A DNA stretch of 64,000 nt, from NCBI GenBank assembly GCA_965202585.1, contig OZ241830.1, positions 75,206,001 to 75,270,000 of the forward strand. The letters are read 5' to 3'. This DNA comes from Thalia democratica. Lineage: Eukaryota. Position numbers and translations under genes: made by a program. Within the stretch, counting starts at the first letter, position 1; every line of letters begins with the position of its first letter. Below the pieces are notes generated by a model, which ran no database searches, was not told the origin of the DNA, and was given only the letters and a program-made list of their open reading frames with translations. This document shows positions 13,950 to 26,676 of the stretch, piece after piece.

Positions 13950-14521
13950 GGGCATAGGGGGGGGGGGGGTAAAAATACTTTTTTCACAATTTTATCTTGT
14001 TTTATATATTTTTTACTGAGCTACATGATGTAGCTTAAAATTTTTTTGAGATATTGCCAGTCAAAGTCGGAGGCAACAGTAGGTTCTTTATAGGAGGCGC
14101 AAACTAAAACAACAAATAGTTAAAAATCACTATAAATCTATAACTTACGTTTTTTGAGATAACTACCTTAAATTTTTAGGAAATGTTCTTTGCTTTTTTT
14201 GTTTATTTTTATATAAAATTTTCAACTTTTATAAAATTCTTTTTAACGGAATCTTCTTAATATATCAAAGAACACTTCCTGAGATTTTGAGGCAGTTATC
14301 TCAAAAAACAAAGATGAAGATAAATTTTTAGTGATTTAGTCTATTTTTGCTGTTTTAGTTTGTGACTCCCATAAAAAATCTTTTGTTGCCTCCGACTTTG
14401 ACCAGCTATATCTCAAAAGTTATTTTGAATTTTTAAATCTGTTAAAAGCATCTTGTAGCCTAGCAAAAATATATAAAATAAGATCAAATTCTGAAAAAAG
14501 TGAATTATCCCCCATATGCCC
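13950..14521. mobile_element. TTAA-inserting MITE (GGGCATA...TATGCCC), Kolobok-like
   Basis: GGG...CCC termini flanked by TAAA/TTAA. Sits inside an older related element whose remainder is at about 14526-15098. Paralog at 58388-59034. Confidence 0.8.
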
Positions 14522-16477
14522 TTAACATTGGCTCTTATATGAAAGCTTAAACTAAAGTCAGTTTTTATAGATATAAAATTTTTAGTTATATTTTGAAATA
14601 ATGATGTTCTTGTAAAAAGATTCCAATACAAACTACCACAAATTTTTCAGGTTCAATTTTCTTGGAAGTTAAAAAAATCACTAAAATTCTATCTCTTAAA
14701 TTTTTTGACCACAAATTTTCAGCAAACATTGCTTTTATAATTTGAAAGACTTATAGTGTTAGGTTTTAGATAGAAAAATCAAAAAAATAGATGGTTTTTT
14801 TCAGAAAATTTTTATTTTTCGAAGTTAAAAAAATTGCTGCACTAAATCAAGTAAAATATTAGTAATGGAATTACTATGAAAATTTGAAGAAGATTCATTA
14901 AAAAAAGGAGAAAAATCTTTTTACGCGCTTTTAATTAGTGCCTTCTATTAGCAACCTAGTGAGGTCACTACCTTTGATTGCTTATATCTCAAAAATTACT
15001 TTGAATTTTGATAAGTGGTTCAAAACGTATGATAGCTAAGAATAAACTCTACAAAATAAGATTGACTTGTAAAAATCAAGAAGAAATCTCTCTATTCCCT
15101 TACTGAAGTGACACTATTATTAACAGTTTAAGAGACACCTAAGTTTCCAGATAAAATGAAATTCAGTAGTATATGTTCATTAGCGTTATAGTTCAAGTGT
15201 TTTTATTTTGAAAACAAAGCTAAAAATTCTTTTAAATTGAATTTTTAAGTGTAAATATAAAACTAAGGATAACCCAAAATTACTGCACTTATAAAATTTA
15301 TATATGTGCTTTTATTGATAATAGCAATTTTTTTCTACTTTCATAGCTTTGTTGGAGTGTGTTATCTTGTTAACTCACAGAAGCATGGGTTTATTTTTAT
15401 AACGAAAGAGTACTGTTAAAATTTGTTATTAATATATGTGCTTAGTAGGTAGACTTTTGTCTCAGTTTCTAGTTTGTACATGATCCAAGTTATGACAGTT
15501 ATGACATCTATTTGCTCATGAATAAATAGAATCCCATTTTATTCTTCTTTCATAAGTGAAACTTAGTCACTGTCTGAATTAAGCACTTAATTAAAATAAA
15601 ACTTAGTTCAAAATAATTTATACAAGTTTACAATTACAGACAATGTTTGTCAATAGATTAATAATTTTTTTTCTAGAGTCATCTACCATAGGCTATGAAT
15701 CATATGCAACTAGTGTGAAAATAGTTGGAGTGAAGCTAGAAGCTGAAATATTCTACATTTTTTGAGAATTGCAACCAAAATTTCAGTAGGCAAAAAATAT
15801 GGAAAATTATAAATGAGTTAGTTTTCGTGAAAATTAAACGATAAGTATTTTTAAAACTAAATTTTTAAACTTTTATATATTATAGTTCGGTCAACTATAA
15901 ATTATCAATAAAAGAAGTTAGTGATACATATACTTAATGCAAATTAGGCATTTATGATTTCAACTTGATACTTTTAGTAGTAATGGCTGTTTTTATTCAT
16001 TTTCTATTTCTATACATGTTTAAAGTTTTAGGTAACTGATAGTATTTAATTTTACTAGTTTAAGTACTTGAAATTTTAGGACCTCCTCTTTGTTAAAAGA
16101 GAATTTACACTTTTTGTTAGACCAAATGCTATTTATAAAAATTATCCTAATTGTTTTTATTACTTATATATGGTTATATTTCCTTGAAATAATATTGAAG
16201 TAATTGTCTAAAAGTTAAAAAAAAATTATCATTTGTTGGTATATTTTTGTGTTTTTATGATCTAAGTTATTAATTACTATTAAAAAACTAAAATATGTAG
16301 CTAGTGGTTTGGAGAACGTTATTGAAGACATAAATTGAATAAATAAGGCTTTTAATATGAACAGTTTGACCTCAAATTTCTGATTATTCTTTAGAAAAAA
16401 TTAATGAATATTAGTTTTCTAGATATTTCAAAAAATAAACTTTTTTTGATTTAAATTAAAAATGTTTTACTCTATAT

Positions 16478-16770
16478 CAGAGTTTCCCAAACTTTTTTAC
16501 AAATGGCCTTCTTCAAAGAAATAAAAAATCCATGGCCCCATTAAAAAGATTTTATTACTCAAATATTACTGTAAAAATCACCTAAGACCTTTTTTTTGCT
16601 TTTCATCTGCAAATCGAGAATATCCAGTGTAAGTTTTAAATTATGGCCTAATGCCCCCTGTGGCTCCTTTACTGCTCATGCCCCACTCTTACCCCTTTGA
16701 TGCTTGTGGCCACCTGAGTATCTATCATGGCCCCAAAAGGGGCCACTTGGCCCACTTTGAAAAAACCCTG
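16478..16770. mobile_element. hAT-type MITE with perfect 8-bp TSD (CTCTATAT)
   Basis: CAGAGTTTCCCAAA...TTTGAAAAAACCCTG; TSD at 16470-16477 and 16771-16778. Confidence 0.9.
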
Positions 16771-17907
16771 CTCTATATTATTATTCTGTGTATCAAATTA
16801 TCTTATATACTATTTTTATATATTCTATTAGATATAGCCCGCAGTCTGTATGTTGCCCATACACTAAAAAGAAATTTCATATACTTTGCTTTTGAAAACA
16901 AAGTAATAGTAATGCTGTTCATCTTTATATGAATATAACAACTTTTATATAACTCTACTTAAAAATAATTTAAGGACTATATTTTTTTTTTATAATTTAG
17001 CTTTAATACTAATCCTAAGTTTTGTTACATAAATTCTTGGAACCTTCCGTGGTCTTAAAAATATTATACTGTATTTAATATGTTTAGTTCATAATCTTAG
17101 CCTATTAGGAGGGTCATAATTAATTTATACACTAAGTGACTCAGTTAGTAAAATATTAAATATGCTTCTGTTGAATTGCTTCTGTTAAATAAAGCTATTG
17201 TAAAAGATTCATGGTTATTGTCTCAAAATTTGTTTATTGACACAATTGTCACACACTCAGACTACCAAGACTATCTGAAAATTGCAGAAAAACTCACGCT
17301 AACTTATTGAAAATGTTTAATATGACTCTGATTTCTTTAAATTTATTGTAAAACTTAAGCAAATTAGTTTTGTTTTTTACTAACTATCAGGCTAGTTTTT
17401 ATTATTTTAAAACTAAATTTTTATGAGAATAAGGTATTTCTTTTTATGTAATTAACTTTTTTGTTAATGATATAATTTTAAGTATTCAAGCTTAATTAAC
17501 AGTTCTTTTTTAGCTTTTGAGTCTTACATAAAAATAAAAATCACAAACTCCTAACAGTTTAATTTAACTCAAGCTTTTTTTTTTGCCTCAGAGAATGAAT
17601 ATAAAACAGAAAACCAAAAAGTGCTATTTTTATAGCCGAGTTACAATATATCCTACTAGTTTTTTATAAGTTTACCTTGAATGCTTTTTCATACATAAAT
17701 TTATGGGCATAGGGGGGGGAAACACCCTTTTTTAGTTTTTGATTTTATTTTAAAAAATTATTTTACAATTGAAGTTTAAATAAATAGTTTCTTTAAATGT
17801 TTAAAAAAATATTGCCATTTATATGTCTTGGTTGGTTTATTACGTTTAAAAGCTAAATACATAATGTTAAAAAAGTCTATTTTAAACTTATAATCAAACT
17901 AAATTGT

Positions 17908-18510
17908 GGCCATAGGGGGGTGTTTCAACAAATAAAAAAATCTTTGTCTTTTATTTAAAATCTTCAAGTACAAACTACAAGCAATTTTTTATAGAATTCA
18001 AAGATATCTGTTAAATTTTAGATATTTTATTTTTGTAAAAAGTTTATGATACAAATGTATGGACCGCAAATTTTTTGGAGTCAATTTTCTTAGAAAATTA
18101 AAACAACACTAAAAATCTATCTCCTCCTTCATTTTTTAAGCAATCTTCTTCATGTTTTTTAGAAGGTTCCTTATATTATTATAAAAAACATACGTTATTA
18201 GTTTTAGTAAATTAAAAATTAAAATAAGTTGTTTAAAGTTTTTTTTGTTATTGTATAAAGGTGAGAATATATAAGTTAAAAGAAGATTGCTTGAAAAATG
18301 TATGAGATAGAATTTAAACAAAATAGTCATTTTTTGCTGTTTTAGTTTTCCCTCCTCATAAGGAGCCTATTATGCGGCCCAACTTTGACTGGTCATATCT
18401 CAAAAAACTAATTTGAATTTTTAAAGAATGGTAAAAAGCAACTTTAAGTTTAGTAATAACCCAATAATATAGGATCAACTTGTAAAAAACATGGCCTATC
18501 CACTATGGCC
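17908..18510. mobile_element. Kolobok-like MITE, GGCCATAG...CTATGGCC subfamily
   Basis: Inverted termini with TTAA on the right; paralog at 63093-63685. Confidence 0.72.
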
Positions 18511-19063
18511 TTAATACTGTTTAGTAACATAAAATTTACATTAGAAGCCCTACTAGTAAAAATTTATGCACAAAGCTTTTTAAAGTAGATTTTAAAAAAT
18601 TATAAATGATCTCTATTTTATTTATAGAAAAGCAATGAAAATAACAAGTAGACAAATTGTCACGCCTTTTAAGAATTGCACTTCATATAAAAATGTTACA
18701 TGTACAATTCAAAATAAAATATACAAACCATTTTTAACTAAAATTTTCCAATTTTCCAAATAATATATGAGCTTTACAAGTATTATATACATTTAGCAGT
18801 GAAAAAATAACGTTTATACTTTTTTAAATCCTTATTATTTCACAGCCTAACAAATAGCACTGTTTAAAACAATATAGGGTAAAATACAAACATTTAAAAA
18901 AAAACTTTTAGAACAATAAATCAACACTGCCAAGAATTGTCTAGTAATTTAAATCTTGAAATTGCCAAAAAAATAAAAACTGTTTTAACTCATCTCATAC
19001 ATTGTAGAAATACAATAAAGCTGAGTAAAACAGTCACAGGTCAAATTGCAGTTGGAGAAACAT

Positions 19064-20174
19064 CTATTGAAGTTTATATATTCTTTCATCTACGCTTTGC
19101 AGGAGGGTGGCAAAGTGCTTCTTCCTGATGCTCATCATGTCTGGATCAATGTTCAGCTTGTCAGGAATGTCAGGGTGTTCTTCCACCAGCTGAAGCGCAA
19201 ACTCAATGCAGAACAACCCGCAGCTGGTCCCATCCTTCTGCAGGTCGTGCTCAATGCACTCAATTGACCAATCAAAATCCTCAAAGTTCCAACCGGTTGG
19301 TTCAGGGTCGCAAGAGTGCACATCTCTGGACTTTTTTCCAGCGTAAATGATTGGCTTATTTTCTGGACCCTTTCCTTTGTCATCTTCTTGTTTTTTGTGG
19401 TTGATCTCAGTAAACCACTGAAGCAGATTATTACCAAGGGTTAACTGGCGCTCTCTGTTTTCACTGGCCAAGGAGTCAATGATGTAAATTGTCCTTGTAG
19501 CCTTGCAAAGCATGAACAATATCCAGTGATGCACGTCTTCGCTCAAACTGAGGTTGTACACGCCCATCACCCGCTCCTTGTCCTCTTCAAATTTTGGAAT
19601 ACCTTCCCTGGTGACACTAATCAACTCAGTTGTGGATGTCTCAATGTAGTGCACGGGAGTGTCCTTGCACTTAAATTTGATGATTATCAAGTCCAACACG
19701 TTGCCTATGAGTAATGAGTAACTTGTCTTGGATGGCTAGGCTCATTAAGTCCAAGCCATTGAACGTGTAGGCGCTCTCTTCTGCCGCCCTGCACTGGATC
19801 ATGACCTCCTGTGCAAATAGCCTGTCTTGGTTTTGGTTGAAGAGGTTGTACCACTTCAATTTGAGGTTGTATGGGAGGTGCTGATTGTATACAACACATT
19901 CAAGCAGCTTTTGAATGTGCCAGTTTCTTAACATCTGCCAGTGAGCCATTTGTTGCCTATGTTGTTCCTCTAAAGCGAGTTTCTTCTCTTCCTCTAAGAC
20001 AGCAAGTTCCCATTCTTCATCCTCATCTGAGTCAATGGAGACTTCATCTGCTTCATACTGAACTGGGTGAACTTCATCATGCTTTTTTTCAGCAACTTCA
20101 GCTTGGTTGGCTTCCTTGTTGGCTAAATCCTGTTCACCTTTTTCTTCAGAATTGTTGATTGGTTTGATAGTCAT
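19064..20174 (-). pseudogene. Ulp1/SENP-family (peptidase C48) cysteine protease, frameshifted by a 7-bp tandem duplication
   Basis: Catalytic signature HW-IL...IIDSL...QKDGTSCGLF. The ORFs 19671-20174 and 19064-19699 fuse into one 367-aa ORF if one TGAGTAA copy (19708-19721) is removed. Spot GC counts of 43-55% against AT-rich flanks. Possible short 5'UTR intron 20253-20210. Confidence 0.85.
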
Positions 20175-20475
20175 TGTTATGAAATTACTGTAACTATTGG
20201 TCTGAAGATCTGTAATTTTAAATATGTTTATGTATCATTTTAAGAGCCCTTACTTCGTTATTAGTCGTGATTAGGTTAAAATTGTTTGACCATTTGTTTT
20301 AGGTTCTATTCATGTTCATGAAAAATTTTGCTAATTTTGCAAAAAATGAAACCATTTTGTTGTAATATTGTAGTGTAACTGCAAGTATAAAAATAAATAA
20401 TCATAGTTTTTAATTTATACCTCAGCAAGCAACATAACATGACATAATAGGGGATTAGAACAATACAGTCTACAA

Positions 20476-20686
20476 CAGGGTTTCCCAAAGTGGGTTAAGT
20501 GGCCCCCTTGGGGACCATAAGGTTATAACTTGAAACTTATACTAAATATTTTGAAGTTGATAGTGAAGAACTAATTAAAAGGTCTTAAGCGTTTTTAATA
20601 ACATTTTTTTGAGAAATCTTGTTGGAGGAGATCAAGCTTTTTTGTTTTTTTAAGGCGGTCTTTTGAAAAAAAGTTTGAAAAGCCTG
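20476..20686. mobile_element. hAT-type MITE, degenerate 8-bp TSD
   Basis: CAGGGTTTCCCAAAG...TTTGAAAAGCCTG; flanks GTCTACAA / GTTTGCAA. Confidence 0.7.
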
Positions 20687-20938
20687 GTTTGCAACTACAC
20701 ATCATCTGTTGCAGTTTTTTTAATTTCAAATATACAATTTGTGCACAAATTGCTATAGCGTTTAAATCGGATGATTTGACAACAAATTCATGAGGTATTT
20801 TTGCTACACCCTACCTTATAATGACTTAAAACAACACCCTTGCTACCATAAGTTTTTAACATGATTAAAACTTGTATTCACTTATGAGAAATAATAGTTC
20901 AACTTTTTTAAGCTCAATAAACTGAAAACTTAAATTAA

Positions 20939-21587
20939 GGGCATAGGGGAGATCCAACTATATTTTTAACTAAAAATAACTCTAGCCTCTATCTTAGTTT
21001 AAGTACAAATTACAAGCCAGTTTTTAAGGAATTAAAAAATCTTAACAAACTTTTAATATATTGTAATTTTTTTAAAAAGCTTTTGATACAAACAAAATGG
21101 TCCACAAGTTTTTGGGTTCAATTTTCTTGGAAAATTAAAAAAATACTAAAAATCTATCTTCTCCTTCATTTTTTAAGCTAATCACCTCAAACTGCTGGGA
21201 AATATTCATTTTTTAGTTTTCATTTTTTAGTTTAAAATATATTTAATATGCAATTATAAAAATATTAATTTTTAGATAATGAAATACAAAACAAATAAGT
21301 GATTTTTTAATAAAAGTTTTGTTTTTTAGATTTAATAATGGACTTTCTGTGAAAGTTTGAAGAAGATTGCTTAAGTAACAAAGGAGAAAATAGATTTTTA
21401 ATAGATTTTTTTTTTGTTTTTTGTTTGCCCTTTTATTAGGAACCTATTGAGGTCACATACTTTGATTGCTTATATCTCAAAAATTACTTTAAATTTTTTC
21501 AAACATTAAAAATGCCTGATAGCTCAGATTAAACACTATTAAATAAGATCAACTTGTAGAAATCAAGGTGGACCCCCTAATATGCCC
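20939..21587. mobile_element. Kolobok-like MITE with perfect TTAA TSD
   Basis: TTAA|GGGCATAGGGG...CCCCTAATATGCCC|TTAA. Confidence 0.85.
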
Positions 21588-21858
21588 TTAAATAAGTAAA
21601 ACTCATTCAAGGCCATATAAAGTGGTTTAGATACACAAAAAATCCTTTCAAGCAAAACATATTTCATTCAGTGGCCTTAAGTTATACAATTACTTTGAGT
21701 AAAATGTAGTGCTGGTGATTGAAGTTTAGGAGAACATATGTTACTAGTCTTTTACTCTTAATACCATTGTTTATTTATCTTTTACTTAAGTTTGTTTAAC
21801 TTTAAGTAGATAGGAGATAGTAAATAAAAATGAGCAGAATTGTAAAAAAAAATATTAA

Positions 21859-22526
21859 GGGTATAGGGGGAATCCGACATTTTTTTGCTAAAATTAACAT
21901 TACATCTTATATGAAAGCTTGAAGTACAAGCTGCAAGTCAGTTTTTATAGTACAGAATAATCTTATTTAACTTTTAAGATATTGTAATTTTTATAAAAAG
22001 TTTCTGATACAAATATATGGACCGCAAACTTTTTGGGTTCAATTTTCTTGGAAATTTAAAAATTTTCTAAAAATATTTCTTTTCCTTCATTTTTTGAGCT
22101 TAAGACCTCAAATTTTCAGGAAACATTCCTTTTATAGTTTAAAAGACTTTGAATGTTGGATTTTAGAACATTAAAAAATATATATTTTAGATAAAAAAAA
22201 ACAACTGATTCTTTTTAATAATAAAACAATTTTTTAAAATTAAAGAAAATCCTGCATTCAATTTTTTTAATTTGATAATAGACTATCTGTGAAAATTCGA
22301 AGATTACTTAAAAAATGAAGGAGGAGATAGATTTTTAGTGAAATGGTCTTTTTTGGCGTTTTTAGTTTGTGCCTTCCATTAGGAACCTATTGAGGTCACC
22401 AACTTTGATCGCTCATAGCTCAAAAATTACTTTGAATTTTTTAAGCGGTTAAAAATGTCTGATAGCTCAGATAAAACTCTATAAAATAAGATAAACTAGT
22501 AAAAATCAAGCTGGACCCTCTATGCC
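21859..22526. mobile_element. Kolobok-like MITE
   Basis: TTAA|GGGTATAGGGGG...CCCTCTATGCCC; internal sequence homologous to 20939-21587. Confidence 0.78.
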
Positions 22527-22914
22527 CAAAAGTTATATATAAAATACAGCACTTAAAGTAATAGAACTAGTTAATGACTTCACCTAAAAATACTTACTAA
22601 TAGCATTAGTAATAGTAACAACTTATTGAGAAACTTTGGTATGTGGTATTGGTAGTGGAAACCCTGGGTTAAACAATTTTTTAGTGAAAATTATAAGCTT
22701 TCTAGAAACTTTTTTTTCTTTTTACAGATCAAACGAAAGCTAAGGGATACAGTCTAAAACCTCCTCCGTCAGCTAAATTGCAACTTTACTACCAAAAGTT
22801 TTACAAACTGTAAGTTTAGCATATACATTGCTATACAACTATACATTGCTATTTACTAAACCAGGTACTGACTTCATAAATTTACTTTATACTCTGCTAT
22901 ATTCATGATATTTA

Positions 22915-22957
22915 CTCTGGGCATTCAGACTTTTTGATTCAAAGAGTGGCAACCCTG
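22915..22957. mobile_element. Solo right end of the CAGGGTTGCCAC MITE family
   Basis: TTTTTGATTCAAAGAGTGGCAACCCTG matches the right ends at 12735 and 60653; no left end seen. Confidence 0.6.
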
Positions 22958-24593
22958 AATAAATATAAAAATGATATTTTACAATACTTTTGCTTGAGCA
23001 ATATTTTTTTTTGGTATGTGGTATTGTAAAATATAACTTTACTTCTATATTTGTTCATGGTTGACATTTTTTGAGTCAAGAAAAGCTGGCCTAAGTGACT
23101 AAAAAACAAGCCTGTGACTTTTAAAAATTGTAATATAGCCAAAAAATAAAAATATGACTGTTAATCAAACATACTACCAAATAAATAGCAAAAATTATAA
23201 AGAGAACTCAATATTTTGAAAAAAAAAAGATTTTATGTCAAAAAAATTAGCCTGACATTAAAAAAAAACATCAAAACCAGCTTGAATTTTGTAACAGAAA
23301 GTCAAACTTGAGTTTTTCAAAAAAGTTCAAAATGCTTAAGTTTTAATTTTTTTAAACTGGTCTGAGTTATCTTGAGCAGCTTGAGTGTATGAACGTACAA
23401 CCCTGTTTACTGATATTTAAATATATTAAAGTATTTTTAGAAGTTTTCTTATTACAAGTATAAAAGACAAAACTTGAATTTAGTATTTATTAAATCATGT
23501 GTTTCAGCAAAAAATTAAACTAATATGACATAAATTTCCAGAAACATTCTCAACAATAGGTTTTGAAGTTGAGTAGATAGTTGTTATATAAAATAAATAT
23601 ACTAAATCTTGAAATAAAAATGAATTTTTTTTTATACAGACTTTCTATTATTATTTTTTTATTATTTCTATATACTTTTTATAAACTATTTTGTACAATT
23701 CTAATGTCAGAGTTGCCAATTAATTTTAAAAAATTCTGTGTGGGAAAAAAAATGTTTTTTTTTAATTCAATATTTTTAAAAAGTGCAATTATCCACAAGG
23801 ATACAGAATACTGCTAGCTGCTGTACAGATAAGTAAAGGGCATTTTTATTTGTTCTGTCTACTTGTGGCTTATTCTAATGTTTTCTAAACTGTTACTGGT
23901 AGTGTGTACAGAAATTATTTTTATATTACAAATTATGAATCTTGATAATTAAAATTGTATCTTTGATTGAAAATTATCATGCAACATTAAAAAAGTGAAA
24001 TAAAAGGTTTTCTTGTGTTTTTAAATGCCACTCTTAGTGGCAAAGAACCCAGCTTTAATGAGCAAAAATAGTATGAGCTACATCAAGCTAGTTTTGGGTG
24101 GCCTTAGTTTGAATCACAATTTACAACAATGAGCTAAAACTATTAGAAAACTTGAAACTTATTTTAAGTATATAATTTACCTAAATATTGACAATAGTGT
24201 TTAATTACAACATGATTATAAGAAAAAAAGATAAAGGTCACAAACACTATCAAAACTGAACTGAATTTTTCATAAAACTTAAAAATATTCTGAGATGGTT
24301 TGAGTCAGCCTGAGTGTTTTCAAAATTCCCAAACAAGTCAGAGTCACCTTTTAGCAGTAAACATATAAAAAAATTTCTCTCTTCCATTTGTTTTTTCTAA
24401 AACTGAGATTTTCTACAGGTTTCTATATTTTACTAGTGCAGAGGGAACATACTAAAAGTGTGAATACAAATCATAATACTTAATTGGGAAAAAATTCAGT
24501 CTGAGTGACGAAAAACTAGACTAAGAAAACAAATTTTAAGGGAAATTAAAAAAAAAAAAAAGTAGGAGCAAATAACTAAAAGAATAATTTTAA

Positions 24594-24930
24594 GGGCATA
24601 GGGGTAGGGTTAGGACATTTTTTACAAATTTCAACAGCTGTTCTATGATCAAAGTTATTAGTAAACTTTGTATAAATTAATTATAGCTTTTTTTAGAACT
24701 AAAAATAATAAAATTTGTGATATATTACTTTTCACTAAAAGTTTTTGATACAAATGTGTAATTTTTTCATCTTCAGTTTTCTTGATTTTTATAAATTCAC
24801 CAATCTATCTAATATATTAGATATTTATCTATCTTATACCTTTTGATTGCTGGGCTAGATACCTTAAATTTTCAGGAAAGATTCTTTATATAATTTAAAA
24901 GAACTGACAAGTTTAATTTTCAAAAATTTT
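24594..24930. mobile_element. Truncated Kolobok-like MITE (left part)
   Basis: TTAA|GGGCATAGGGG followed by family internal sequence; right end not found, end coordinate approximate. Confidence 0.55.
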
Positions 24931-26676
24931 AAAATCATACATCAACTAAATAATATTTTTTTTTTTTTGAAAATATGTACCTAATTTTAAAGTGAAACAT
25001 GATGCAAGACAAACCTAAGCGTTTAAATGCAATTTAACTCTTTTTACACATAAAATGAACGTTTTGGGTTTTTCATTATCAGGGCTGGTATAATACCAGG
25101 GACTAAAATGTTCTTAATGCAAAAAAAGGTTTTCTAAAACTTTTATTATTTATCAAAAATAAAGCATGAACATTTTTTAGATTATCCAAAATTTAAATAA
25201 ATTTAGGTCTTTTTTGGAATAGTTATAGAATTTTCATAATGTTTGATTTAATAGACATCATTGTGCTTCAATTTTATATCTTGTAAAACAAAATAATTAT
25301 TCTTATGAATTTTACATTTAATTTTTTCCTCTAAAACTATAATTTAAAAAAAATCAATTTTAAAATAAAACCAATTTTTTTATAGTTATTTTATGTTTTA
25401 TTTGTTGAATTATAAATGATTTAATGTATACTTTTGAAATATTAGTTGCACTGTTTTGTAAACATTCAGTATTCAACATTCTTTTTAGTATCAAATTAAA
25501 GCCATATTCGAACAAACTATTCTAACTTTTTAGGAAAATTGTATTTGTATTATAAACTTATAGATAAATATTTTACAACCAGTAATATAAAATTGTATTA
25601 AGTAAGTTCAACTTAATATAAAAATATGTAAATTAAGTTACACAAGCAGATTCCAACATTTTTTCTTGCAACTTATTTCTGTCAAATAGTTTCTAGTTTG
25701 TTTAATGTTGTATTGTAAATTTATCGTATTTGTATCGTAAAATTAATTGTTTTATGTTTCTTTTTATCCTTTTCATGTTATTAAAGATTAAACTTTTAAA
25801 TTAAAAACAACTAAAATAAAAGTTTGAGTTTTTGCTGTCATGGTCAAAAAAATCCTTATTATTTTTTTAACTACAACAAACTAAAACCTAATTTATTTAA
25901 TAAATAAAACTGTAACTTGATAAGTAGTTCTACCGAATAAACAAGTACTTCATTAATTTTAATTTATTTATCACAAGAGCTTTTGTATAGTAACAAACTT
26001 TAAAACTCATGAACCACAAGATGATTTAAATAAAAAAAATCTGGGATTTGTAAAAGATTATTTGAGCTAAGAGTATTATAAAAATTAATGTTCTTATAAA
26101 AAAATAAAAATGTACTAAGTGACATAAATAAGTTTATTGTTCTTATAATTGACCAAAACTCTATTTTAAAACCTATTCGTAGAAAAAAAAGAGACTTATT
26201 TGAATTTTAAGTTATATCTAAATATTTTTAAGATAATATAATCTATGTATATATTACTATTGGATAAATTTTGTTCATAACTTCTCATTGTTCTCTAAAT
26301 TAAGTTTTAATATTTATTCTTTAAAACTTAAATCGAGTTTAAAAGCATTGTGTAAAATGCAAATAATTATTATTTCGTAACTGTTGTTTAATAGATAAAC
26401 AACCAGTTTTAATTTGAATTTAATTTAAGTAGAAGTACCCATGTGGTGTTTGTTTTTGTCAAAAAAAAATTTTTTTTTTTCCAAATTCTTAAAATCTAAA
26501 CATTTTTACTGTACCATTTATTAAATTCATAAATAAAAATATTTGTTTAGTAGAGTTAAGTAATATTTATGTACAACTATGGTGTTAAACATTTTTTACT
26601 AAATACTATTCATTATTAAAGTAGTTAAGTTAAATTTTAATTTAATTTGTTGTATCATGCTAATAAAAAAGTCTTT

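Larger units (their letters stand above)
10219..18830 (+). repeat. Long direct repeat, copy 1 (segmental duplication or large element)
   Basis: Colinear with 55479-64000 from TGTATGGATTTATATGCAT to ACGTTTATACTTTTT. Sequences left of 10219 and 55479 are unrelated. The right boundary lies beyond the window in copy 2. Confidence 0.97.

Noticed and set aside
15675-15765. Conserved acceptor plus 30-codon ORF (ESSTIGYESYATSVKIVGVKLEAEIFYIF*) in both repeat copies
   Set aside because: Conservation is explained by the recent duplication; no upstream exon or recognisable domain.
17152-17310. Protein-like 52-aa frame (...FIDTIVTHSDYQDYLKIAEKLTLTY*)
   Set aside because: No start or splice sites, and the paralog has an in-frame stop.
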